A DNA stretch of 39,596 nucleotides from Oscillospiraceae bacterium (lineage in GTDB: Bacteria > Bacillota > Clostridia > Oscillospirales > Oscillospiraceae). Below are positions 18,561 through 28,000 of the stretch, one piece after another. A model generated the notes under the pieces. The model was given only the letters and a program-made list of their open reading frames with translations, had not been told where the DNA came from and made no database searches. The position numbers and the translations under genes were made by a program. Location of the stretch: the NCBI GenBank assembly GCA_031278515.1, contig JAITKI010000033.1:1-39596 (forward strand), read 5' to 3'. How positions within the stretch are numbered: the stretch's first letter is position 1; each line of letters starts with the position of its first letter.

Positions 18561-19724
18561 TCACGCGTACGTGTCGTAGATATTCCCGAGTAGCCGCTCC
18601 GCAACGTCGTACGTCACATCCACGGGACAATACTCCGACAGATGATTTTCCACGACGTCCCGCGCCAGCGCCGTCGTTTCCGCGCGCGAAATGCCGAGAG
18701 CGGCCAGCGATTTCATGTCCATCTCACGCATCATGCCGCGCAGCGCGTCGGCTGTGAGCTTACCGAGCGCCTCGCCCGATTCGCGGCCGGTCAGCGGCAG
18801 TTCCATCGCCCTCGCGATGACGCGCATACGCTCCGGCACCACGGGCGCGACGAGCGCCAGAGTCTCTGGGAGCGCGAGCGCGCATCCAAGTCCGTGCGGC
18901 ATGTGGAAGTGGCATGAAAACGCGTCGGAGCAGGCGTGTCCCACATGCGTGACCGGATTGTTGAACGCCAGACCGGCCCAATTCGCGGCGAGTGACATTT
19001 CGCTGCGCGCTTCAATGTTATACGGCCGGAAGTATGCCTCTCGCAAGTTGCGGGTCACTTTGCGTATGGCCGCCTCGCCGAACAGATCGGAGTGGTAATT
19101 CCACGCCCGGACAGTCATCGCCTCGGCGGCGTGAGAGAACGCGTCGAGTCCCGTGTTTACCGTTTCGTATTTTGGCAGCGTGACCGTGAGTTCCGGATCG
19201 ACGATGGCGAGCGTCGTGTTTACAAACGCGCTCCATTTGACGTTCAGCTCGGGGCGCGAAATAATCGCCACAGTCGTACATTCGCTGCCCGTTCCCGCCG
19301 TGGTGGGTACGAGAATAACAGGCGTCTTTGTATCGACAAACGGCGGCGTCTGCAATATGTACCGGCGTACAGGACCGGGGTCGTGCATATATATTGCCGC
19401 CGCCTTGGCGGTATCCATCGACGATCCGCCGCCGACTCCCACGAGGCAGTCGCAGCCCTCGCGCACGGCGAGCTCTCCGGCTTCGTCCACAATGGCGTCG
19501 GACGGATCCGACACGACGCGCCCGTACGCGACGTAACCGACGCCGGCCAACGCCAGCGCGTCTATTGCCTTTCCGGCGATTCCGGCGTCCTCTATGCCTC
19601 GATCGAAGATAACAAGCGCCTTTTTGCGCCCCATCTCCCGCACCTGTTCACCCAGCGCCGCGATGGCGCCGCAGCCGAAAATAATGGGAGCGGGCTGGGA
19701 AAAAGCGGGTCTGTATTCGGCCAT
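18561..19724 (-). CDS. iron-containing (group III) alcohol dehydrogenase
   Basis: ORF trimmed to ATG 19724 (MAEYRPAF...), with SD GAGGAGGG 8 nt upstream. Fe-ADH motif GVGGGSSMDTAKA and downstream His cluster. Confidence 0.85.
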   Translation of the reverse strand: MAEYRPAFSQPAPIIFGCGAIAALGEQVREMGRKKALVIFDRGIEDAGIAGKAIDALALAGVGYVAYGRVVSDPSDAIVDEAGELAVREGCDCLVGVGGGSSMDTAKAAAIYMHDPGPVRRYILQTPPFVDTKTPVILVPTTAGTGSECTTVAIISRPELNVKWSAFVNTTLAIVDPELTVTLPKYETVNTGLDAFSHAAEAMTVRAWNYHSDLFGEAAIRKVTRNLREAYFRPYNIEARSEMSLAANWAGLAFNNPVTHVGHACSDAFSCHFHMPHGLGCALALPETLALVAPVVPERMRVIARAMELPLTGRESGEALGKLTADALRGMMREMDMKSLAALGISRAETTALARDVVENHLSEYCPVDVTYDVAERLLGNIYDTYA

Positions 19725-19738
19725 TTCACGCGCCCTCC

Positions 19739-20008
19739 TCAAACTAAAATATCCGAATATTCGGAATGCTTCTCAAACCAGCCGCGCGCGTACGAACACG
19801 ACGCGGTCGCGCTCCTGCCGTCCTCACGCAGCGCGGCCGCGACGCGCTCCATGAGCTCCGCCGCGACACCCCTGCCGCGCAGCGCGTCGTCCACGAATGT
19901 GCGGTCGATATCTACCACACCGTCGGCGACGTCCGGAAATGTGACCTCCGCCAGCTTCCGGCCGTCCTCCGTATACACTACTCGATTTCGCTCCGTCTTG
20001 TAAGGCAT
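19739..20008 (-). CDS. small GNAT-family N-acetyltransferase (YjdJ-like, about 89 aa)
   Basis: ORF trimmed to ATG 20008 (MPYKTERNRVVYTEDG...). The C-terminal RGRGVAAELMERV...ARGWFEKHSEYSDILV is typical of the short GNAT family. A TATAAT at 20105-20110 (minus) suggests its own promoter. Confidence 0.7.
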   Translation of the reverse strand: MPYKTERNRVVYTEDGRKLAEVTFPDVADGVVDIDRTFVDDALRGRGVAAELMERVAAALREDGRSATASCSYARGWFEKHSEYSDILV

Positions 20009-20105
20009 ATTGCGTGCCGCCCCCTCACAATTATCGTACTCACCGGACGCGCGGGACAAGCGAACGGAAATCCAAAGGTTTGGACACGTTCGACCTCTTG
20101 CCCGA

Positions 20106-21797
20106 TTATACACCCGGCGCTCCCGAAATACAACTATCCGGCGCTCTCGTGTCCGGCCCGGCGCGGGCGCGAGCCAAGAGCAGCATACACCGATAATAGT
20201 CGCGCTCGCCGTCCGCGGCGCTCTCGATGAGCGCGCGGCAGCGCTCGGGCGGTCGCAGGTAATCCGAGCGCAGCGCGCCTCGCGCCAAAAGGCGTTCGGC
20301 GTACCGCGCCTGGCGCGCGTCGGCGCCCTGTCGGCGGAGAGTTTGGAGCACACGCTCCGACAGCGCCTCGTATTCCGGATTGTAAAACCGGCCGTCTTTC
20401 GCGTCGTACCTAAGTCCCCGCGCGCGGATCTGGACGGCGCCGCCGCGCGCCTCGGCCGGCCATCTCCCGCCCGGCGGCGCGTCGGGTTCCGGAAGCGCGT
20501 CGGGACTCTCCGACGTACCGGATACGTATATGTAGTATATATTCTTTATCTCGCGGTCTCCGCCGCGCCGCAGCACGCGTCCTATACGCTGTATGCGCTG
20601 ACGCGCGCCCGTGCCGGCGGAAAGTATTATTCCAACGTCCGTATCCGGTACGTTCAGCCCCTCGTCAAGCGCCCGGCAGCACACTATGACGGGGCGCTCG
20701 CCGTCCCTGTAACGCTCCAGCGCGCGCGCCTTTTCCGCGGCGTCCATGTTGCTGTGATAGCGGCATATCTTGCCGGGATACAAGGCGTCGAGTTCGCCGT
20801 ACACGAAATCGACGGTTTCTATGCGCTCGGCAAAAACTATTATGCGGCCGTCGGTTATGAGTTCTTTTACAAGCTCGACCGCGCAATCGGCGCGCGCGCG
20901 GGCCAGGTGTAGAATCTCCTTGCGGCGTATATACAGCAGCGCCAGTTGACGCGCGAGCTCGCCGGTCTTGTCAGCGCGGCCTTGCAATTGCCGCACGCCC
21001 TGTATAAAGGCGGCGCCGCGCTCGCCATTCAGCCGCGGGACGATCTTTACCAACCGCGCGCGCGTTATCGCTATCCTGTCCGTATACGAATCGTAATCCG
21101 CGCGCTCCTCGGGGGAAAAATCGACGGCTACGCTGAACACCGCGCAGCCGGAGGTCACGCTGTCGGCGGCCGCCTCCGATATGCCATATCTGAAAATCAC
21201 GCCGCCCAGCGCGGGCGCGACGGCCGTATCAAAGCCGTCGCACTCCGGCGTCGCCGACAGCCCCAGCGCGAAGTAGCGCTCCCGCGGTACGCGCGTGAGA
21301 AAATCGAAAACGCGCGCGTTGACGGCGCTCCCGAAATGGTGGCACTCATCGCATATGAGCAGTACGGAGCGTCCCGCGTCCGTATCGCGGAGTATATGAC
21401 GCGACACGCAAAAGCGCGCGGTATTGAGTACGTATATCACAAACGGTTTTTCCGGGGACTCCTTGACCGCTCCGCAATAGAGACCGATATCCCCGCGCGA
21501 AACGCCCAGGAAACGCACGATATCCGCCCGCCACTGGTGGGCGAGAAATACCTTCGGCACTACTATCCTCACGCGCAGCGACGTCTTGTCGCGCGTCTTC
21601 GCGAGCCGCTCGATCGCGGCCAGCGCCAGCAATGTCTTTCCCGCCCCCGTGGCGACGCCGGCGACGCCCTTGCACCCGTTTTCGAACCAGCGCGCGAGAC
21701 ACTCGTCCTGCCACGCGTACAGCGTCACGCCGCGCAAAGAATACACGTCCGGAAGCCCCTCCCCTCGTATGCGTTTGCAAACACGCAACGGTTGCAA
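20106..21797 (-). CDS. SF2 helicase (ResIII/DEAD-like core) with Arg-rich C-terminal extension
   Basis: Motif I GVATGAGKT, motif II DECHH, motif III SAT, motif VI QRIGRVLRRG. The last ~120 aa form an Arg/Ala-rich tail with no recognisable domain. The start is ambiguous: TTG at 21797, or GTG at 21746 with GGAGGGG about 10 nt upstream. Confidence 0.85.
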   Translation of the reverse strand: MQPLRVCKRIRGEGLPDVYSLRGVTLYAWQDECLARWFENGCKGVAGVATGAGKTLLALAAIERLAKTRDKTSLRVRIVVPKVFLAHQWRADIVRFLGVSRGDIGLYCGAVKESPEKPFVIYVLNTARFCVSRHILRDTDAGRSVLLICDECHHFGSAVNARVFDFLTRVPRERYFALGLSATPECDGFDTAVAPALGGVIFRYGISEAAADSVTSGCAVFSVAVDFSPEERADYDSYTDRIAITRARLVKIVPRLNGERGAAFIQGVRQLQGRADKTGELARQLALLYIRRKEILHLARARADCAVELVKELITDGRIIVFAERIETVDFVYGELDALYPGKICRYHSNMDAAEKARALERYRDGERPVIVCCRALDEGLNVPDTDVGIILSAGTGARQRIQRIGRVLRRGGDREIKNIYYIYVSGTSESPDALPEPDAPPGGRWPAEARGGAVQIRARGLRYDAKDGRFYNPEYEALSERVLQTLRRQGADARQARYAERLLARGALRSDYLRPPERCRALIESAADGERDYYRCMLLLARARAGPDTRAPDSCISGAPGV

Positions 21798-21815
21798 ACG
21801 CGTTTATCCCTGAAA

Positions 21816-21860
21816 AATCATTTCGTTTGTGATGGCGAAGCCATCACAAACGAAATGATT
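21816..21860 (+). repeat. hairpin repeat copy 3: 45-nt perfect palindrome
   Basis: AATCATTTCGTTTGTGATGGC (21816-21836), loop GAA, GCCATCACAAACGAAATGATT (21840-21860). The 21-bp perfect stem lies between the divergent helicase and the three-gene operon. Confidence 0.9.
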
Positions 21861-21875
21861 CCCGAAAATTTATCC

Positions 21876-21905
21876 TTGACAGCCGCTCGCGCGGGGCGAT
21901 ATAAT
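21876..21905 (+). promoter_or_regulatory. consensus sigma-70 promoter (cassette copy 3) for the three-gene operon
   Basis: TTGACA (21876-21881), 18-nt spacer, TATAAT (21900-21905). The -35 starts 23 nt after ACAAACG. The operon ATG is at 21981. Confidence 0.6.
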
Positions 21906-21980
21906 TGCGGGAAATGTCTGAATATCCGGAGCTACACCTAATTATACGGCGTAACGCTGAATTATGAAAGAGGTTTTTTT

Positions 21981-22772
21981 ATGATCTATGAAGCGTTTTA
22001 CGACGACATCCTTTCCGTCGCGGAGGAACTGAAGGAACAATTGTCGTCCCAGCAAAAGCTTGTCAAGCGTCTGATGAAGTGTGTGGGAAACGGCGACCTG
22101 AAAGCCGCCGCGCGCGAACTCCCCGCCGCGAACGCGGCCGCCGACGTCTGCGCCCGTTCGATAGCCTCGATTACCGAAAAAATCGAGGCGGCCGACATGT
22201 TCGCCTATCTCCGGTCGGGGGACTTCGCGCGGCAGCTTGTCAACATGTGCCGCGAGTACGGAATTGACATCAAAGGCGAGGGAAATTCCTATGAGGTCTT
22301 CCCGTACCGCCTGAAAATCGATCCGCAGAACGCGGAGCTTCAAATCAACGGCAAAAAAGCGCTTGGTCTGCGTCCGCGCGCCGTGGTTGAGGACCTGCAA
22401 AAGAAGCGCGCGCACCTCCTGTCCGCCTCGTTCAACCCCGCGCAGTACGCCGCCGAGCTGTCGTCGGCCTATGATCTCGCGCTTCTCGCCGCGTCCAAGG
22501 GCAAAGCGTACGCGCCCGACGCCGACGTGCATCTCACCACGCTCCACAGGTATTTGACGCCGATGCGCCGTTTTCGGCGCGACTACGACCCGCAGAGCTT
22601 CGCGTTCGACATCGCCCGGCTGTACGACGCGGAGACGGACGCGCCCGTGGTAATCGGCGACGGTCGCCGCGTACATTTCGGGCCGGGCCGCGATAACAGC
22701 AAAGCGATACGCATCCTCGACGCGCTCGGGAGCGAGCGGTTCTTGTCAACCGTCCGGTTTTACAGGCCGTAA
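21981..22772 (+). CDS. hypothetical protein (operon gene A), no family recognised
   Basis: ATG 21981 with GAAAGAGG about 7 nt upstream. 263 aa with a predicted helical N-terminus (LSVAEELKEQLSSQQKLVKRLMK). The stop lies 3 nt before the gene B ATG. Confidence 0.75.
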   Translation: MIYEAFYDDILSVAEELKEQLSSQQKLVKRLMKCVGNGDLKAAARELPAANAAADVCARSIASITEKIEAADMFAYLRSGDFARQLVNMCREYGIDIKGEGNSYEVFPYRLKIDPQNAELQINGKKALGLRPRAVVEDLQKKRAHLLSASFNPAQYAAELSSAYDLALLAASKGKAYAPDADVHLTTLHRYLTPMRRFRRDYDPQSFAFDIARLYDAETDAPVVIGDGRRVHFGPGRDNSKAIRILDALGSERFLSTVRFYRP

Positions 22773-22775
22773 CTC

Positions 22776-23825
22776 ATGAGTACGACCGTGATTTCCGGAA
22801 TTTCCGATTCCGGGGAACCTGTCCGCATGACAGAGGGCCAGATGCCCGCCGACGTCGGTTTTATCACCGATTTTTGGCGGGAGCAATATCTGGAGCCGTA
22901 TATAACGCTGGGCGGGAGCAAGATAAAGTTCGTAGTCGGGAGCCCGGGCAGCGGCAAGAGCGGCTGTCTGCGCCGGTTCGCGTCGGACGCCGCGGCCCTC
23001 GGGTGCAAAACGGCGTCGCTCTCGGCAAAAAGCGTCTGGCTCAACGACTTTAAGGAGATATACGCCGCCGTGTTCGGCGCCGTGGATTTTCAGGGCTGTT
23101 TGATGAATTGCGCGCGCAAAATTGTGTCCGAGATGGGTCGGGACTACGACGAGATACCGGACGGCATCAGCTTCGCCGACTATCTGGCGTATCTCGGGAT
23201 GCTCGACCCTGTCACGCGTCTTGAACTGCGCGCCCAGATCAATTCGATGTTTTTCAAAAATCCGCGTATGGACAAGAACTTTGCCGTCTGCGCCGCCATG
23301 CTGACGGGCGGCATTCTGGGACATCCCACACTGGAGCAGTCGTCCCGCGAATTGCTGTGGTCGTGGCTCAAAGCCGAAAAGGGCGTGCGCGCGCCGACAA
23401 TCCGCAAGCTGGGGCTGGCGCCGTACAAAATAAGCAAGCACAACGCGCGCCACATGCTGAGATCGCTCATTGAGGTCGTCCGCCTCGCCGGGTACACGGC
23501 CCTCGTCGTCGGCGTCGACGATTTGGAGATCCTGACGGAGACGTCGTCGCTCGAGGAGATACGCTATACAAAGATGCGCCGCGAGGACGCCTACGAGAGC
23601 ATAAGAGAGCTTATCGACAGCATAGACACCCTGGATTATGTGATGTTTGTGTTCGCGTTCGGACGGGAGCTTCTCGACGACGAGGTCTGCGGCTTCAAAT
23701 CGTATCAGGCGCTTTGGATGCGGATACAAAACGAAATTACGGGCGGCAAGTTCAACAGGTTTTCGGATATCATTGACATGGATCGCCTCAGAGCGCCCGG
23801 CAGTCAGGAGACTTCACATGAATAG
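22776..23825 (+). CDS. P-loop ATPase, BrxD/DUF2791-like (operon gene B)
   Basis: Walker A GSPGSGKS (22938-22961) and Walker B-like ALVVGVDDLE. The context YLEPYITLGGSKIKFVVG resembles the BREX BrxC/BrxD ATP-binding family as I remember it. Confidence 0.75.
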   Translation: MSTTVISGISDSGEPVRMTEGQMPADVGFITDFWREQYLEPYITLGGSKIKFVVGSPGSGKSGCLRRFASDAAALGCKTASLSAKSVWLNDFKEIYAAVFGAVDFQGCLMNCARKIVSEMGRDYDEIPDGISFADYLAYLGMLDPVTRLELRAQINSMFFKNPRMDKNFAVCAAMLTGGILGHPTLEQSSRELLWSWLKAEKGVRAPTIRKLGLAPYKISKHNARHMLRSLIEVVRLAGYTALVVGVDDLEILTETSSLEEIRYTKMRREDAYESIRELIDSIDTLDYVMFVFAFGRELLDDEVCGFKSYQALWMRIQNEITGGKFNRFSDIIDMDRLRAPGSQETSHE

Positions 23826-25032
23826 AACGGACAGCTATAGTGCCAGAAATATTATAGAGGCGCTGCGCTCCGGCGTGTCCTCCCGCGAAGTGGGCTGCTG
23901 CTTCTCATCGGCGCGGCCCGGACTCACGCGCGAGATCCACAACGCGCTCACCGGCGTGGCGGAGGGCGGCGAGTCCGGCGGACGCATAATTACCGGGAAG
24001 TACGGCGAGGGCAAGACGCACCTGCTCAATACCGTATTCAACATGGCGCACGAGCGGAATATGGCGGTCAGCGCCGTTACGCTCAGCAAGGAAAGTCCGC
24101 TGTCGAATCTCGGCGTGCTGTATCCCAAGGTTCTGCAAGAGACGTATCTGCCCGGAAAAGTTCAGCCGGGTATTTCGGATATATTCGAAAGACTGTCGGC
24201 CGGAAGCCCCGCCGCGGCCGCTCTGCTGGAATACTGCCTTACGAAGCTTGAGTGCAACAAACTCTACTATGTGCTGAAATCTTACCTCGGAACGCAGAGC
24301 GATGAGGAAAAATACATGCTTTTAGGCGATATCGAGGGCGATTTTATGGCGAACGCGACGGTCAAACAGATCTACAAGCGCATCTACGGCGAGACGGTTG
24401 TATTCAACACCCCGTTCTCAAAAACGCGCCACGTGACCGACTATTTCGCGTTTGTGTCGCGTCTGTTTTTATCCGCGGGATACGACGGCTGGGTCATCCT
24501 CTTCGACGAGGCCGAGCTGATAGGGCGCATGAGCAAAAAAGCGCGGCAGTCCGCTTACGCCAATATGGCGGCGCTGCTGCGCCCGGACGCCATTGACCGC
24601 GCGTACTGCCTGTTTGCGTTCAACTCCTCGTACGTACCCGACGTCATAGAGTCGAAGCACGAGTACGCTATCGTTGAGGAGTCGCCGCTGCTCTCGCAGG
24701 AGCGCAAGAAGATTATATCCGGGGTATTGTCCGAAATCGCCTCCGCCGCGCAGCTTGTGCCGCTGGGCAAGGGGGAGATTCTTGAGATTCTGGAGAAAAT
24801 ACGCGACTATCACGGCCGGGCTTACGGATGGAGTCCAAAGCCCGACGCCGCGGACATCCTGGCGTTCACCGAAAAGCACGGCTACCTGCTCAGGACGCGC
24901 ATACGCACCGCCGTGGAACTGCTCGATCAATACTACCAGTACGGTTCAGCCGACGAGATAAGCGTGGGCGAGCTGGGACAGATGGAGTTCGATGAGGACG
25001 GCGATCCGCCGTCGCTCGACGCGTTTGTATAA
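23818..25032 (+). CDS. P-loop ATPase, BrxD/DUF2791-like (operon gene C)
   Basis: ORF 23647-25032 trimmed to ATG 23818 (GGAG 8 nt upstream), which overlaps the end of gene B by 8 nt. The N-terminus ARNIIEALRSGVSSREV is followed by Walker A GKYGEGKT (23995-24018) and Walker B VILFDEAE. Confidence 0.8.
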   Translation: MNRTDSYSARNIIEALRSGVSSREVGCCFSSARPGLTREIHNALTGVAEGGESGGRIITGKYGEGKTHLLNTVFNMAHERNMAVSAVTLSKESPLSNLGVLYPKVLQETYLPGKVQPGISDIFERLSAGSPAAAALLEYCLTKLECNKLYYVLKSYLGTQSDEEKYMLLGDIEGDFMANATVKQIYKRIYGETVVFNTPFSKTRHVTDYFAFVSRLFLSAGYDGWVILFDEAELIGRMSKKARQSAYANMAALLRPDAIDRAYCLFAFNSSYVPDVIESKHEYAIVEESPLLSQERKKIISGVLSEIASAAQLVPLGKGEILEILEKIRDYHGRAYGWSPKPDAADILAFTEKHGYLLRTRIRTAVELLDQYYQYGSADEISVGELGQMEFDEDGDPPSLDAFV

Positions 25033-25095
25033 TCGGCCGCGTTTTACCGCCGCCGCGCCGTTTCGCTCCGGGGCGACAAAGTCAAAGCAGCGCGA

Positions 25096-28000
25096 CTATA
25101 TGCTCCTCGCCTCACGCAGCGCGGCATACAGCGCGGCGACGTCGATAGGTTTTGTCAGATGCTTCTCCATCCCCAGCGTCAGACAGCGCTCGCGCTCCTC
25201 CGGGAAGGCGTGCGCCGTCAGGGCGTATATCGGAATATCCGCGTATTCAGGCGTGTTTTTTATTATCCCGGTCGCCTCGTAGCCGTCCATCACCGGCATC
25301 TGCAGATCCATCAGTATGAGATCGAACGGCGGTTTTTCACGACCCGCCGCCGCCTCTCCGAGTATGCGCAGCGCCTCTTTCCCGTTTTCCACCGCCGTGA
25401 CCTCGACGCCCGCGGCCGACAGCACCTCCGTGACGATCATCGAGTTGATGTCGTTGTCCTCCGCGAGCAGCACGCGCATACCGCGAAGCGCCGCGTTTTC
25501 GCCGCTCACCTCGACCGGCTGCGGGACGGGGGGCGGTGTCTCCGGCGTCTGCGCGCGCAGCGGGAACGCGCAGTGGAACGAGAATACCGTACCCATGCCC
25601 GGTTGGCTGGATACGGAAATTTCCCCGCCCATCAGTTCCACCATCTGCTTTGTGATAGTCAGCCCGATGCCCGCGCCGCCGTACCGGCGGGCGGCGGAGT
25701 TGTCGGCTTGGTTGAATACGGCGAAAATGCCGTCGAGCTGTTCCTTGTCCATGCCTATACCGGTGTCCTCCACCGCGAAGAACGCCGTCACGCTGTCCTC
25801 CGCGCGCTTCATTACGGCCGCGCGCACCGTCACGACGCCTTTTTCCGTAAATTTATAGGCGTTTTCGATGAGATTTATGAATATCTGCTGCAGTCTCAGC
25901 GGGTCGCCGACGACGGTCTCCGGCAGCAACGGGTCTATCTCAAACCGAAGGGCGACGCCGCTCTTCGGCGTCTGGTCGCGGAAGAACACCTCCAGATCAC
26001 CGAGCAGACGCCGCAGCTCAAACGGCGTTTGCTCCAGTCTCATGCCGCCGGAGTCGGCCTTTGAGAAATCGAGCATGTCGTTTACAAGCCCGAGAAGCGT
26101 CGAGGCCGCGCGCCCCATCTTCTCCGCGTAGCCGCGCTGCTTTTCGTTCATAGGCGTGGCCATAAGCAGTTTTGTGAGACCGATTACCGCGTTAAGCGGC
26201 GTGCGGATCTCATGGCTGATATTTGCCAGGAACGACCGTTTCGCCTTGTTCGCCTCCATCGCCGCCAGCGTTGCGCCCTTCAGTTCGAGCAGCGTCCGCA
26301 CGCGCGCCACGAGTTCGTTCTTGTCAAACGGCTTTTGTATGTAGTCGTTCGCCCCGGATTGGAAACCCAGCACGACGTCCTGTATCCTGTTTTTTGCCGT
26401 CAGCATAATGATCGGCAGGTCAAACAGCGAATACTTCTCTCTCAACTGGCTGCAGACGTCATAGCCCGACTTTTTCGGCATCATCACGTCCAAAAGCACA
26501 AGATCGAATTCGCCGCCGCTCTCTATCATGTCGATGGCCTCCTGGCCTCCGTATGCTTTCGAGACGCCGTAGCCGCGCATTGTGAGGATGTTTGAGAGCA
26601 CCTGAATATTGACGGGCTCATCGTCCACAACGAGTATCCTGTATCCTCCCTGCGGCGCCGACTGCGGCGCCGTCTCGGACGGTGAGGATTCCGCCGCGAA
26701 GTTTTCGATATCAATGACGGAGCGCAGCTGCTCGCTCACCTCCGCCGCGCCCTCTCCCTTCGCGTCGTCGGCGCGCGGCAGGGTGAATGTAAATCTGGAA
26801 CCCTTCCCGAGCCTTGACTCGACGCCTATAGTCCCGCCGTGCAGTTCCACGATCTTTTTGGTGATAGATAATCCGAGCCCCGTGCCGCCGTACTCCCGCT
26901 CGGTTGAGCCGTCGCCCTGCTCAAACGATTCGAATATGCCGTCAAACTTATCCCCGGCGATGCCTATACCCGTATCGGATACGGATATGGCGGCCATTCC
27001 GTCGACAATGCCGGCGCTCACGGTCACGCTCCCTTTCTCGGTGAATTTGATCGCGTTGCCGACGAGATTGTAGAGTATCTGCTGAATCCTGTTTTCATCC
27101 GCATTCACCGCGGTAAACGAAGCGTCCACCTCGTTTACCAGTTTGAGATCCTTCCCCTTGGCAAGCGGCCTTGACAGCGCGATGACCGTATCGACCGCGG
27201 TTTTGAGATCGACCGGTTTCAGTTGAAGCTCTATCTCTTTGTTCTTGAGTTTTGTGAAATCCAGGATGTCGTTCACCAAATTAGAGAGGCGCTTACCGCT
27301 GTTGGCGACGAGCGCGAGGTTGTATTTCTGCTCGTCCGTCAGCGCGCCCGCCGCGCCGTCGATCATCGACTCCACGATTCCTATTATTCCGGTAATCGGC
27401 GTTCTGAGCTCATGCGACGTGTTTGCCAGAAACTCATCCTTAAGCTCGTTGAGCTTATTCAAATAGGTGTTTTTTTCCTCAAGCGTCTGCGCGTATCCGC
27501 GCAGTTTTGTTATGAGACGGTTTATTTCGCCGGCCATAAACGCGAACGCCCCGGACAGCGCGCCTATTTCGTCATTGCTCCGGAATACGGGCGCTTCGAC
27601 GTCGAAACGGCCCTCCCCCAGCAGCTTTGCCGTATCGGACAGTATGAGAATCGGCCGCGTTATACTGCGCGCTATTATATAGAGCACGACGGCTATGACG
27701 CATATGGCTATCAGCGATACGGCCAGGACGTAGTTACGGATACCGTTCGCGTTATCCAGTATTTTCGTCATGGGGATACTGACCGCCACCGACCACGGAT
27801 TCGTCACCTCGCTGAACCGGATCGGAGCGTACACCGTGTAGTAGTCCTCGCCGCTGAATATGTAAGTCTCTCCGTTTTTTATGGCCGCTTTCGCTTCACC
27901 GGCGTACGACGCCCGCGCGAGATCGTCAGCGAGATCCCCGCCCAGCCGCGGCGTCTCCGGATGCGCGACGACGACGCCCGCGTTCGAAAATATCTCCGTG

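Noticed and set aside
20010-21941. Two long plus-strand ORFs (20010-20912 and 20946-21941)
   Set aside because: They are antisense to the helicase, which has all SF2 motifs. These ORFs have no motifs and Arg/Ala-biased composition. The FVCDGEAITNE peptide in the second one is just the translated hairpin repeat.
21981-22772. Assigning gene A as TerB-like (Shango SngA) or HamA/DUF1837-like (Hachiman)
   Set aside because: I could not identify the acidic metal-binding pattern of TerB or a PD-(D/E)xK-type motif by eye. The idea comes only from gene context, so the gene is left as unknown.
22746-23729. 327-aa minus-strand ORF
   Set aside because: It is antisense to operon gene B, which has Walker A/B motifs and SD-coupled starts. 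The composition is shadow-ORF-like.
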